Source: Candidatus Latescibacterota bacterium
Lineage (GTDB): Bacteria > Latescibacterota > UBA2968 > GCA-2709665
Length of the DNA: 64,000 bases
Assembly (NCBI GenBank): GCA_965205485.1
Contig: OZ242180.1
Location: 4,736,001 to 4,800,000, forward strand
Direction of reading: 5' to 3'
Below, in pieces: positions 1 through 9,300 of the stretch. A program made the position numbers and the translations under genes. The notes below the pieces were generated by a model, which saw only the letters and a list, made by a program, of their open reading frames with translations, searched no databases and had not been told where the DNA came from. Position 1 is the stretch's first letter, and each line of letters opens with the position of its first letter.

Positions 1-1
1 C

Positions 2-445
2 GTACCGTCCGGTCGGGCTTCGATCGCCCCAGAAGAGCGAATCCACCCGGTCCGCCTGCGTGATCGCCAGTGCGAGATTCGGTCTGTCGAGGCCGAAGTC
101 CGAGAGACGGGCCTCGCCCCTCGCGATGCGGACGCTGTCCGCCACGACACGCTCAAGGTCCAGGAACCGCAACGTCCGGATCAATCCAACGATTTCGCCG
201 CGGTCGCCGCCCGTGGCAACGGGTTGCAGAATTCGCCACGTGTTTTCCGATTTCCGCATGACGATGGTTGTGTCGCCCCGGTGAACCGTCAGTGCGCTGA
301 CCGCGCCTTCTTTCAGGTCCAGCAGGCGTCCCGCCCTGACACGGGCCATGTAACGCTCGTCCGCGCCCCGGATTTCGTAAAAGTAGACAAAACCGGCCAG
401 CACCGCCAGAAGCAGCACGAGACCACCTGTCGTCTTTAGATTCAT
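2..445 (-). CDS. DUF4340-like protein (Gld-type ABC accessory), runs off the window edge
   Basis: Own translation from ATG at 445: MNLKTTGGLVLLLAVLAGFVYFYEIRG...W...P...LSDFGLDRP. N-terminal anchor and FGL motif; follows the GldG-like gene. Confidence 0.75.
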   Translation of the reverse strand, partial: MNLKTTGGLVLLLAVLAGFVYFYEIRGADERYMARVRAGRLLDLKEGAVSALTVHRGDTTIVMRKSENTWRILQPVATGGDRGEIVGLIRTLRFLDLERVVADSVRIARGEARLSDFGLDRPNLALAITQADRVDSLFWGDRSPTGRY

Positions 446-492
446 GCAAATTACCTGCCGTGCTGCTGTTTATACCGGTTCGCGGCCGGGCG

Positions 493-1860
493 TCAGCGCC
501 GCCTGCGCCAGACGCCGATCCCGACAACGACGGGTATGGCCGGAATGACGACAATGGAGAGCCATGAAAGCCACAGGAGGTCCTCTGCCGTCATCACGAC
601 GCCCCTGAAGGCCCACATCTTGGGCCGGATGGAGATGAGATCTCCCTCTTCCATGAGCCAGCTCACCGCGTTCATGAACAGGTCTCCATTGCCTACCGTG
701 TCGAAGAACTCGTTGCCCGCAAAGTCAGAGTCTCCGAAGACGACGATCCGGGTGTTCCGCAGTCCCACGTCGGATGGAAAACGACGAAATTTCGGTCTGT
801 CGAGCGCGGCGACCGCGACGGACGCCGGGCCCTGCAGGTCCCGCCCGGGATCGAAGACCGGCGAAGCGTCGGGCAGCCTCTCTTCCCGCCAGCTGTCGCG
901 CGGATGGGTCGTCACCAGATCCTGAACCTGTATACCGGTGGTGTGTTCGCGACGGGCAACGGAACGCGCGATTCTGTAGAAGGTCCTCAGATTGCGGCTG
1001 CGGTGTTTTTCCGTAACCGGATGCCGTGCGTACCAGACCGAGCCCGGCATCGTGGGGTCTCCCGGTCCCCAACCCAGCACGTAGTCGTTGTTGACTTGTA
1101 TACCCCATCCCGCCAGCAGCGACTCGAGACCCGTTTCGCCGGCCGGGTCGAGCATGAACAACCCGGAACCGCCACCGGCGAGATAGTTGCGGATCGAATC
1201 CGCTTCGACCCGGGAGAAAGCAGCCGTCGGTCCGGCCACGATCAGCAGGTCGCAATCCGCCGGCACGCCCTTCCCGGCATCCAGGACAAGGGTGTCCCGA
1301 ACCCCGTACCCGGCATCACGCAGCGCCTGCCCGACGCGGATGAAATCCCCTTCCGGCGCCTTCAGCGTCCGTTCTCCGTGCCCGGTCGAAAAATAGACGG
1401 TTTTATCACGTTTCCGAACGACTTTGGCCACCGCATTGGTCAGATGATTCTCCTCGGTTCCGAAAACCCGTTCCTCCCGTGCATCGGACAACACCACCGA
1501 GACGCGCGGTTTGCCCACCCCGTATCGCCTGGCTTCACCGGGATGTACCGCCGGATCGACCATTTTAAAGGTGAATCGCCCGGAGTGGTAGGCGTAGGCC
1601 TCGAGTCTTTCCTTGAATCCGGCGGTTTCCGGGTCGGTTTCGTGGAAAAACGCCAGAACGTGCACATCCGTCGTCAGAGAGTCCAGCAGCGTCGCGGTCT
1701 GATCGGACAGGCTGTGCATTCCCCCCTCGGTCACGTCAATCCGGTGGTGATAGCGCGTTGCGAGATAGTTGATCGCAACCATGATCGCAAGCAGCGCAAG
1801 AACCGCCACGAGTGTACTCGAACCGTACCTCACCCAGCGGGCCCTGAAGAAACCGGTCAT
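493..1860 (-). CDS. GldG-like ABC transporter auxiliary component
   Basis: N- and C-terminal TM helices, 'RIDVT...SLS..T', 'VYFSTGHGE', 'RIVVFGDSDF', 'GNGDLFMNAVSWL'. Confidence 0.85.
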   Translation of the reverse strand: MTGFFRARWVRYGSSTLVAVLALLAIMVAINYLATRYHHRIDVTEGGMHSLSDQTATLLDSLTTDVHVLAFFHETDPETAGFKERLEAYAYHSGRFTFKMVDPAVHPGEARRYGVGKPRVSVVLSDAREERVFGTEENHLTNAVAKVVRKRDKTVYFSTGHGERTLKAPEGDFIRVGQALRDAGYGVRDTLVLDAGKGVPADCDLLIVAGPTAAFSRVEADSIRNYLAGGGSGLFMLDPAGETGLESLLAGWGIQVNNDYVLGWGPGDPTMPGSVWYARHPVTEKHRSRNLRTFYRIARSVARREHTTGIQVQDLVTTHPRDSWREERLPDASPVFDPGRDLQGPASVAVAALDRPKFRRFPSDVGLRNTRIVVFGDSDFAGNEFFDTVGNGDLFMNAVSWLMEEGDLISIRPKMWAFRGVVMTAEDLLWLSWLSIVVIPAIPVVVGIGVWRRRR

Positions 1861-1863
1861 GCT

Positions 1864-2640
1864 CTATCGCCTCCAGCGGCGCGATTCAAGCGCGGCGTGC
1901 GTTAGAAACAGAAAGAAGAACGTGAACGTCAGAAAGAAAATCACGTCGCTGCTGTCGACCACGCCGCGCGCCATATCCCTCGTGTGATCGATCAGCGACA
2001 GATAGAAGAGAACGGTTGCCCACTCGCGCCCGATAAGCTCGGGCGAATACCGGACGACGAACAGCAGAAGAAGGAGGACGAACGCGATGACCACGGCGAC
2101 GATCTGTTTGTCCGTGAGCGAGGAGGCCAGAATGCCCACGCTGATAAACGACCCGCCCAGCAGCAGGATCGCGGCGCCCGCGGAGAGTACCCGCGCCCAG
2201 TTCAAGTCGCCGTAAAACGAGACCACGATGATCAATGAAAGTAGCAGCAGTTCGATGATGACGTACAGACCCAGGCAGGCCGCGAATTTGCCGAGTATGA
2301 CCTGCCACGTGGTCAGAGGCGACGTCATCAGGAGTTCAATCGTTCCGGAACCTTTCTCCTCCGCGAACAGCCGCATCGTCAGCATTGGCGTCACCACCAG
2401 CCAGACGAGGCACTGGCTCAGGAAGAAATGAAACACGACGTCCTCGTTCACGTTCGGCGGATCGACGCCATGCTCCTGATGCTGAAACGTATAATTCAGG
2501 CACTTCGCCCGAAACTCCACGATCTCGTTCTGGAAGAGATATCCCATCATCACCAGGAAACCCGTCGCAACCACGTAGGCGATCGGGGACCCGAAGTAGG
2601 AACGCATTTCCTTCCGGAAAATCGCGGCGATATTTCCCAT
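1864..2640 (-). CDS. ABC-2 permease (GldF-like)
   Basis: 'IFRKEMRSYFGSPIAY', 'LTMRLFAEEKGSGTIELLMTSP', 'LGKF', about 6 TM helices. Confidence 0.9.
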   Translation of the reverse strand: MGNIAAIFRKEMRSYFGSPIAYVVATGFLVMMGYLFQNEIVEFRAKCLNYTFQHQEHGVDPPNVNEDVVFHFFLSQCLVWLVVTPMLTMRLFAEEKGSGTIELLMTSPLTTWQVILGKFAACLGLYVIIELLLLSLIIVVSFYGDLNWARVLSAGAAILLLGGSFISVGILASSLTDKQIVAVVIAFVLLLLLFVVRYSPELIGREWATVLFYLSLIDHTRDMARGVVDSSDVIFFLTFTFFFLFLTHAALESRRWRR

Positions 2641-3575
2641 CAGGGGCTCTCCTCCTCGGATGTCGTCAATTCGTGGAATATGTCCTCCAGTCTCGCCGTT
2701 ATCGGCCTCAATTCGACCAGCCCCAGGTCCCGTTCCACCAGCCTGGCCGCAATCGCCGGACGCATGTCGGAATCGCCGGAAACGTCGACCTCCAATGCCC
2801 GGTCTTCGCTTGCATGCCCGACGCCAACCACACCCGGGACGCCACCGATGGCGTCCGCGGCCGCATTCAGGTCGCCCGATACCGCCACGTAATACCGCCG
2901 GTTGCCCGACGCCCGCGCCGTGAGGTTCTGCGGCGTATCCACCGCCGCGATCTGACCCCTGTTGATGATGATCACGCGATCGCAGGTCATTTCCACTTCG
3001 GGCAATATGTGCGTGCTCAGAATCACCGTGTGTTCCCGGCCCAATCCGCGGATCAACCGGCGTATCTCCTGAATCTGGTTGGGGTCCAGTCCGATCGTCG
3101 GCTCATCCAGGATAATGACGTCCGGATCGTGCAGAATGGCCTGGGCGATACCCACACGCTGGCGATAGCCCTTTGACAACTGGCCGATCAGCTGTTTCGC
3201 CCGATCCGCTATCCCGCACCGTTCCATCGCGGAGTCCACCCGCGGCCTCCGGTCCTTTTTCGGCACGCCCTTGATCTGCGCCACGAAATCCAGATACGAC
3301 CGCACGTACATGTCGCTGTAGACAGGCGGATGCTCCGGCAGGTACCCGATGCGCCGCTTGACCTCCATCGGTTCGTCGAAGACGTCGAATCCGGCCACGC
3401 GGGCGGTCCCCATCGTAGCAGGCTGATAACACGTCAGAATGCGCATGGTCGTGGTCTTGCCCGCACCGTTGGGACCGAGGAATCCGACCACCTCCCCCTT
3501 TTCGACCGTAAATGTCAGGTCCTTGACCGCAACGAGCGACCCGTACTGCTTGGTTAAATGATCGACCTCGATCAC
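2640..3575 (-). CDS. ABC transporter ATP-binding protein (GldA-like)
   Basis: Walker A GPNGAGKTT, signature LSKGYRQR, Walker B IILDEPT, H-loop STH. Confidence 0.95.
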   Translation of the reverse strand: MIEVDHLTKQYGSLVAVKDLTFTVEKGEVVGFLGPNGAGKTTTMRILTCYQPATMGTARVAGFDVFDEPMEVKRRIGYLPEHPPVYSDMYVRSYLDFVAQIKGVPKKDRRPRVDSAMERCGIADRAKQLIGQLSKGYRQRVGIAQAILHDPDVIILDEPTIGLDPNQIQEIRRLIRGLGREHTVILSTHILPEVEMTCDRVIIINRGQIAAVDTPQNLTARASGNRRYYVAVSGDLNAAADAIGGVPGVVGVGHASEDRALEVDVSGDSDMRPAIAARLVERDLGLVELRPITARLEDIFHELTTSEEESP

Positions 3576-3618
3576 AACCGCCTCCTTATCAGGCCGTTGA
3601 AAGAGACCATCCGGGCTG

Positions 3619-4500
3619 CTATGCCGCGATCTGTTGCGCCCGTTTACGGAAGAAACGCATCAGCGCGTCCACGTACGTCTCCTCTGTATGAATATCGACA
3701 CGGTCGATGCCGACCGAACGGAACACCCGGTCCCGCCGTTTCTCCGCCCTGTCGTTCAGCTGCCTGAAGAGATAGCGGAACTCCCGGTCGGATGTGTCCA
3801 CCAGTATCTCTCTGCCTGTTTCAGCGTCTTCCAACTCGACGAGTCCGACGTCCGGCAATTCACGTTCCCTCGGGTCCTGGAGCACAACCGCGATCAGGTC
3901 GTGCCGCTTTCCGGACACCCGCAATGCGGCCTCATAGCCGGACGCCAGAAAGTCGGAGACGAGAAACACCACGCTCTTCCGCTTGTTGACCCGGTTGAGA
4001 TAGTCGAGCGCCGCGCCAATGTCCGTGCCGCGACGACGGGGCCTGAAGTACAACAACTCACGGATCACGCGCAGCACGTGCATCCTGCCCTTTTTGGGCG
4101 GGATGAATACTTCCACGTCGTCCGTGAAGACGATCAGGCCCACACGATCGTTGTTTTGTATGGCCGAGAATGCCAGCAGGGCGCAAATCTCGACCCCGAT
4201 TTCCCCCTTCATCTGCGAGACCGTACCGAAGTCACCGGATGCGCTGGCGTCCACCATCAACATCACCGTCAGTTCGCGTTCTTCGTCGAACACTTTGACG
4301 AAGGGATGTCCCATCCGGGCGGTGACGTTCCAGTCTATCGACCGGATGTCGTCTCCCAACTGGTACTCCCGCACCTCCGCGAACGCCATCCCCTGCCCCT
4401 TGAAGACGGAATGGTACTCTCCGGAGAACACGGTGTCGACCAGGTACCTCGTGCGCAATTCGATGCGTCTCACTTTCTTGAGTATTTCGGCGGGAATCAT
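3619..4500 (-). CDS. DUF58 domain protein (MoxR-associated)
   Basis: 'FAEVREYQLGDDIRSIDWNVTAR', 'VDASAS', 'VSDF'; adjacent to MoxR. Confidence 0.93.
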   Translation of the reverse strand: MIPAEILKKVRRIELRTRYLVDTVFSGEYHSVFKGQGMAFAEVREYQLGDDIRSIDWNVTARMGHPFVKVFDEERELTVMLMVDASASGDFGTVSQMKGEIGVEICALLAFSAIQNNDRVGLIVFTDDVEVFIPPKKGRMHVLRVIRELLYFRPRRRGTDIGAALDYLNRVNKRKSVVFLVSDFLASGYEAALRVSGKRHDLIAVVLQDPRERELPDVGLVELEDAETGREILVDTSDREFRYLFRQLNDRAEKRRDRVFRSVGIDRVDIHTEETYVDALMRFFRKRAQQIAA

Positions 4501-4504
4501 CGCG

Positions 4505-5500
4505 TCACGGCACCTCGACGTGGTCGAATATCCGGCGGACGATTTCCTCCGAATCGACTTCCTCGGCTTCGGCCTCGTAAGTCACAATCACCCGATGGCG
4601 GAGGATGTCCAGGCCCATGGCTTTCACGTCCTCCGGCGTCACGTAACCCCTGCGCCTCAGAAAGGCGTGGGCCTTGGCGGCGCGGGTCAGGAAGATCGAG
4701 CCACGCGGCGAACACCCGTATTCGATCAGGGCGTTGAGATCGTGAATCCCGAAGGCCGCCGGATCCCTGGTCGCCAGCATCAGGTCCACGATGTAGTCCT
4801 TGATCTTGTCGTCGACGTACACACGGTCGACGACCCCGCGCGCCCGGATGATATCTTCGGGACGGACCACCTGGTTTGCCGCGGGGGGATCCCCGCTCCC
4901 CATCCGGTCGATAATTTCACGTTCCTCCTCACGCCGCGGATAGGTAACCCGGACCTTCATCATGAAGCGGTCCACCTGCGCCTCGGGAAGGGGGTAGGTC
5001 CCCTCCTGTTCTATGGGGTTCTGCGTGGCAAGGACGAGAAACGGATCGTCCATACGAAACGTCCGGTCTCCGATGGTCACCTGGCGCTCCTGCATCGCCT
5101 CGAGCATGGCGCTTTGGACCTTGGCGGGCGCCCTGTTTACTTCGTCTGCGAGCACGAGTTGCGCGAAGACCGGACCCTTCTTGGGCACGAATTCACCGGT
5201 CGCCTGGTTGTAGATCATGGTGCCGATCAGATCCGCGGGCAACAGGTCGGGTGTGAACTGAATTCGGCTGAACGAGGCCTTTATTACCCGCGCCATCGTC
5301 GTAATGGTCAGCGTCTTTGCCAGACCGGGCACGCCTTCGAGCAGCACGTGGCCGTTGCACAGCAGCCCGATCAACAGCCTTTCAACCATGTGCTGCTGAC
5401 CTACGATGACCCTGCCCACCTCGCCCGTCAGACGCTGGACAAACGCGCTCTCACGTTCCACTTCATCGTTCAGTTGCTGTATATCGGCTGCGATCATCAT
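4505..5500 (-). CDS. MoxR-family AAA+ ATPase (start may be 5500 or 5521)
   Basis: 'HVLLEGVPGLAKT', 'RIQFTPDLLPADLIG', 'DEVNRAPAKVQSA', 'ATQNPIEQEGTYPLPEAQVDRF'. Confidence 0.95.
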   Translation of the reverse strand: MMIAADIQQLNDEVERESAFVQRLTGEVGRVIVGQQHMVERLLIGLLCNGHVLLEGVPGLAKTLTITTMARVIKASFSRIQFTPDLLPADLIGTMIYNQATGEFVPKKGPVFAQLVLADEVNRAPAKVQSAMLEAMQERQVTIGDRTFRMDDPFLVLATQNPIEQEGTYPLPEAQVDRFMMKVRVTYPRREEEREIIDRMGSGDPPAANQVVRPEDIIRARGVVDRVYVDDKIKDYIVDLMLATRDPAAFGIHDLNALIEYGCSPRGSIFLTRAAKAHAFLRRRGYVTPEDVKAMGLDILRHRVIVTYEAEAEEVDSEEIVRRIFDHVEVP

Positions 5501-5699
5501 CTTTGAATCCCGGAAAGCCAAATGAAAAAGAACACCGGACGGATTCCATGTAAACGGATACCGTCCGGCCGGGTTGTATTGGAGAAATGATGAGAAACCA
5601 TGGCTTCACGAACTGATTGACAGCTTGAATCGGTGAGTGAACTCGATTCGGGCGCGGCGGCATGAAACTCGTTCCGAACACGCCACACCCGTTTCCTGT

Positions 5700-6191
5700 T
5701 CAGTTTATGCCAGTGGCCGAGGTCGAATCGACGGGAAACCACTCCTCGGGCGGCTTTCCGAGATTCCGGATTGAAATGGCGGCATCATCGTACAATTCCG
5801 ACTTCGGAAACATATCGATGACTTTCTGATACGCTTCGCGGGCTTTTTCAAACTTACCCTGGAGGTCGTAGGCGTAGCCAACCATGAATTGGGCCTGGTC
5901 GGCATACCGGCTTTCAGGGAATCGCCGAACCAGCGTCTCGTAAGACTCGATGGCCTCGTCGAATTTATGGCGATTCAGGAGCACGCGCGCCAGCGCGTGA
6001 AGCACGAGGTCCGCCCTTGGATCATCCGGATAAAAATCCAGGAATTTCTTGAGATGCGCTTCCGCCTGTGAATAGGTTTCCTCTTTGTGAGTCGCCGCCT
6101 CGCCTTTTGAAAATAGCTCGTCCGCGGACTCGCGGGCGCACCCGAGGAGAAGGGAGGCCGCCATTCCGAGAACCCAAGTCCACCGGATCAT
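5700..6191 (-). CDS. TPR lipoprotein (BamD/YbgF-like repeats)
   Basis: Lipobox LLGC; repeated '...YP.S..A..A' TPR units; SD AAGGAAGGAG upstream. Confidence 0.8.
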   Translation of the reverse strand: MIRWTWVLGMAASLLLGCARESADELFSKGEAATHKEETYSQAEAHLKKFLDFYPDDPRADLVLHALARVLLNRHKFDEAIESYETLVRRFPESRYADQAQFMVGYAYDLQGKFEKAREAYQKVIDMFPKSELYDDAAISIRNLGKPPEEWFPVDSTSATGIN

Positions 6192-6214
6192 TCTGAAATT
6201 CCGCTCCTTCCTTA

Positions 6215-6376
6215 GAAGCTGTATTAAAATTCCCAGCGGTCTTCGCGCGGCTGCAAACGCGTCGGTCTGCGTTGGTCGAATCCACCCTTATCTTTAGATA
6301 GGGGCGAATTCGCCCGCCTGGACCGACACCTTTTCGCTCGCGCTCGGGAACTCACCGGCAATTCTAATACAGCTTC
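6215..6376. mobile_element. Palindromic MITE-like element, copy 1 (162 bp)
   Basis: 17-bp terminal inverted repeats GAAGCTGTATTAAAATT/AATTCTAATACAGCTTC flanked by TTA...TTA; three more copies in the window. Confidence 0.8.
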
Positions 6377-6668
6377 TTATTAGACAACACTTCAACCGAA
6401 TCCGGGTTCCGAAATTCTGAACGCCCGTTTCGAAGGGGTCCGCCCCTGCACGTCGCGGCGCGCGCCTGCCGTCCACACCCGCAAGAAGCCCGCCGGAAGG
6501 CATATCCGCTCCCGGCCTCCACGCAGTCGGAATCGGTTATTCATATCTTCTTTATTTTAATGAGGATAATTCAAGACAAGGGCAGAGCGCAAATCTACAG
6601 GTTTGCGCATCGGGAGTCAAGCGTTTTTTGCAGAATCCCACGTATCGACGCCGGCTTGCCCTTTACGT

Positions 6669-7742
6669 TCAGGGCGTGACCCGACCGGGCACAACCACGA
6701 CGTAGATCTGGCTGACGCCAGTCCGGTCCGAGGTATAGATGACCCGTTTCCCGTCAGGGCTGAACGACGGGTGCGGATGGGACCACTGGGGTCCGTACGT
6801 TTCGGGCCTGGTCTTGTCGTCATCCTCGGGGACCGTCTTCGCCCACTGAGTTCCCCCATTCGAACTGCCTGGAAAACACAGGGTTTCGTGCGCTCCGGTC
6901 CCGGGGTCGATCAGCTGCAGCCCGATATCGGGACACGTGGTGTCACACACAATGAGGGATCCGTCCCGCCGGGGCGAAGGATGCCAGGCGTTGAAGGAAG
7001 CGATGGTCCTGTCTTCGTCCTCCCCCACTCCGATACCCCGCAGGGCAAACGGCCAATGCACGAACATCACTTCATCGGAGTGCCCCAGAAAGGTCTCGTG
7101 CGTTATCCAGACCGACCTGTCGTGTACGAACAGCGCGCGTTCCGCGCTCCCGTCAATCCTTACTTCCCACATGCGTTGATTCACGTCGCTCGAGTACAGG
7201 ATCAGGTCGGGGTCGACCGGGCAGACCTGAACGTGGCCGACGGCGCGGGGCGGTTCGCACACCACGCGGAATCCGGACCCGTCGGTCTCCACCGCGACCA
7301 CCGCCGACGCTCCATCACGGTGCCATGAGGTCACCAGGCGCGCGCCGTCTGACGAAAGACTGCATCCGCCCGCGCTTCCGCGCCCGAAATCGGCGAGAAC
7401 CGACTCCTCGAACGTGTCTAAGTCTACGGCGCGTACCTGTCCGCCCGCATTGTAGAATACCCTCTGCCCGTCTCGCGAAGGGCAGGCGGCGAAGCCCCCG
7501 AACCCTTCCGTATCGGTCAACTGCGTGATCGTGCCGGCCGCCTCGTCCATTTTGAAGAGGTCGGGTTTCCCGGAGCGATACGAGGTAAATACAATGGTCT
7601 TTCCGTCCGGCGTCCACGACGGGTTCGAAAAGTACAGATTGTGACTGATGGCGGGATGATCCGTCATCTGACGGATCGATGCACCCGTTCTCTCGTCCGT
7701 CAGTCTTCTCGTCTCGGAAGCGAATGTGCGTCCTTTGCCCAT
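6669..7742 (-). CDS. Oligogalacturonate lyase-like / PD40 beta-propeller protein
   Basis: Start MGKGRTF; 'HNLYFSNPSWTPDG', 'THETF', 'HPHPSFSPDGKRVIYTSDRTG'. Confidence 0.8.
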   Translation of the reverse strand: MGKGRTFASETRRLTDERTGASIRQMTDHPAISHNLYFSNPSWTPDGKTIVFTSYRSGKPDLFKMDEAAGTITQLTDTEGFGGFAACPSRDGQRVFYNAGGQVRAVDLDTFEESVLADFGRGSAGGCSLSSDGARLVTSWHRDGASAVVAVETDGSGFRVVCEPPRAVGHVQVCPVDPDLILYSSDVNQRMWEVRIDGSAERALFVHDRSVWITHETFLGHSDEVMFVHWPFALRGIGVGEDEDRTIASFNAWHPSPRRDGSLIVCDTTCPDIGLQLIDPGTGAHETLCFPGSSNGGTQWAKTVPEDDDKTRPETYGPQWSHPHPSFSPDGKRVIYTSDRTGVSQIYVVVVPGRVTP

Positions 7743-7780
7743 AACGTAATCTCCGAAACCTGGCGTTTCCGGGGCGTTGG

Positions 7781-8980
7781 CTAACGCTTCGGAAAGAACA
7801 CGTCCACGCACGCTTCCACGTCGAACGGATCGCACCCGTATTCCCGCGAGAAGCGTTCAAGCAGCCTCGTTTCCCGCGACGTGGGTTCCCGCAATGGCAG
7901 GTCCACCGGCTTCCCTCCCAGCCGCCCGGATTCGGCCACCGCCAGTTCGATCTCGATATCCTTCCGCGCCCTGTATCCATCATATCGCGTCGGAACGTCG
8001 TCCAGTACCGCCCTTGCAATACTGTCCATCTCCTCCACGATCGCCAGCCCGCGGGGAGACGTCCGGTACTGCGGCCACGGATTCAGCCACACCACCGGCG
8101 GGTCGGTTTCCACCACCATCCGGTCCAGCACGTGCGTCCCGTCCACTTCGCGCGTCTCCGTCCTGATGGGACAGACAGTGGCTCGCCCGCCACTCAGACG
8201 CTGCGCTTCCGTGGTGGTATGCACGTCATCCTCGACAATCGTCCCGGTGGTGCCGTCGACCTGAAACAACGTCTGGCTCTTGCGTCCGAGCGCCTGCCCG
8301 TGATACATGGAAGAGTAGGACATCACGGCCAGCGCGCCGTTCGCGAACTCGACCAGATCCATCGTCCAGGATTCCGTTTCGTATTGCCGGATGTCGCTTA
8401 CGTTTACCCTGGGAATCGGCGAATTCATCGCCAGGCCGGTAACGCGCACGGCCTCGGAATCGCACGCCATCGCACGGACGTTGCTCACGATGTGGTAGCC
8501 GCCGGTCTGAAAGAGGGAGAACACCCGCAGGACATCCCCGATGTGCCCGGCCTCGATCGCCATGCGTTTCATCAGGTGCATGGGTTCCCTGCAGAACTGC
8601 TCGGCCACCTCCAATTTCACCCCGCCGCGTCTAGCGGCTTCGATCAGGACGTCGGCAGTCTGCAGCGTTGGGGAGATCGGGGTTTCCACGATCAGATTCA
8701 CGCCGCGCTCAGCCAGGTACGCGCCGACGGCGTGGTGCGAATCGCCGGGCGTACTGATCGCCGCGACGTCGAGGTCTTCATTCGCCGCCAGGTCCTGGAC
8801 CCGCGAATAGGCGGGCACCCCGAATTCCGCGCCGACCGACCGCGCCTTCCCCTCGTCCACGTCGCATACGGCCGCCAGTTCGAACACGTCCGACATCATG
8901 CGGATCGCGGGCAGCCGCACGCCCAGTCCCCGGCTGCCGCATCCCACCTGCGCGATCCTGAGTTTGCGATCCTGGGGCAT
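7781..8980 (-). CDS. Gfo/Idh/MocA family oxidoreductase
   Basis: 'LRIAQVGCGSRG', 'AAVCD', 'ISTP..SH', and ETP in place of the usual EKP motif. Confidence 0.88.
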   Translation of the reverse strand: MPQDRKLRIAQVGCGSRGLGVRLPAIRMMSDVFELAAVCDVDEGKARSVGAEFGVPAYSRVQDLAANEDLDVAAISTPGDSHHAVGAYLAERGVNLIVETPISPTLQTADVLIEAARRGGVKLEVAEQFCREPMHLMKRMAIEAGHIGDVLRVFSLFQTGGYHIVSNVRAMACDSEAVRVTGLAMNSPIPRVNVSDIRQYETESWTMDLVEFANGALAVMSYSSMYHGQALGRKSQTLFQVDGTTGTIVEDDVHTTTEAQRLSGGRATVCPIRTETREVDGTHVLDRMVVETDPPVVWLNPWPQYRTSPRGLAIVEEMDSIARAVLDDVPTRYDGYRARKDIEIELAVAESGRLGGKPVDLPLREPTSRETRLLERFSREYGCDPFDVEACVDVFFPKR

Positions 8981-9033
8981 CGCATCCCCCTACTCACTGG
9001 TTAATCTCAATTCGAAAAAGACAACCGTCAATT

Positions 9034-9060
9034 TACCACAAAAAGCACAAAAGGCACAGA
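9034..9060 (+). repeat. Three degenerate 9-mer tandem units (ACCACAAAA AGCACAAAA GGCACAGAA)
   Basis: Read directly; lies at the left border of the low-GC islet. Confidence 0.6.
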
Positions 9061-9116
9061 AGGTGTCGGTGCGAAAACGGGGTACTGAGGTCGTACATGT
9101 GAATGGAGTTTCGGTT

Positions 9117-9202
9117 CACGTCCAGAGACTTGGTGTATCCTGGTAATCCGCTGCCTAATCGTCTTAATCAACTTGCACATATTCGATTTAACGTCCACGA
9201 AA
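9117..9202 (+). repeat. 86-bp dispersed repeat, copy A
   Basis: Ungapped hand alignment to 24631..24716, 70/86 identical. Confidence 0.75.
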
Positions 9203-9300
9203 GACGACGAATCAAGGCTAAAACACCATCGACGAGACACGGAGATTTATTCGCAATCCTGCCGACCACGCGGGGCATCCCGAAATATACAAAGCCTGCT

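Noticed and set aside
6022..6285. Small ORFs containing 'NADRRFCSRAKTAGNFKTAS' (also 25609..26064 and 35338..35577)
   Set aside because: They are translations of the repeated element's arm running into unrelated frames; lengths and C-termini are not conserved.
9117..9202. 86-bp repeat pair as DGR template and variable repeats
   Set aside because: Mismatches are not restricted to adenines, neither copy lies in a credible gene 3' end, and no reverse transcriptase is present.
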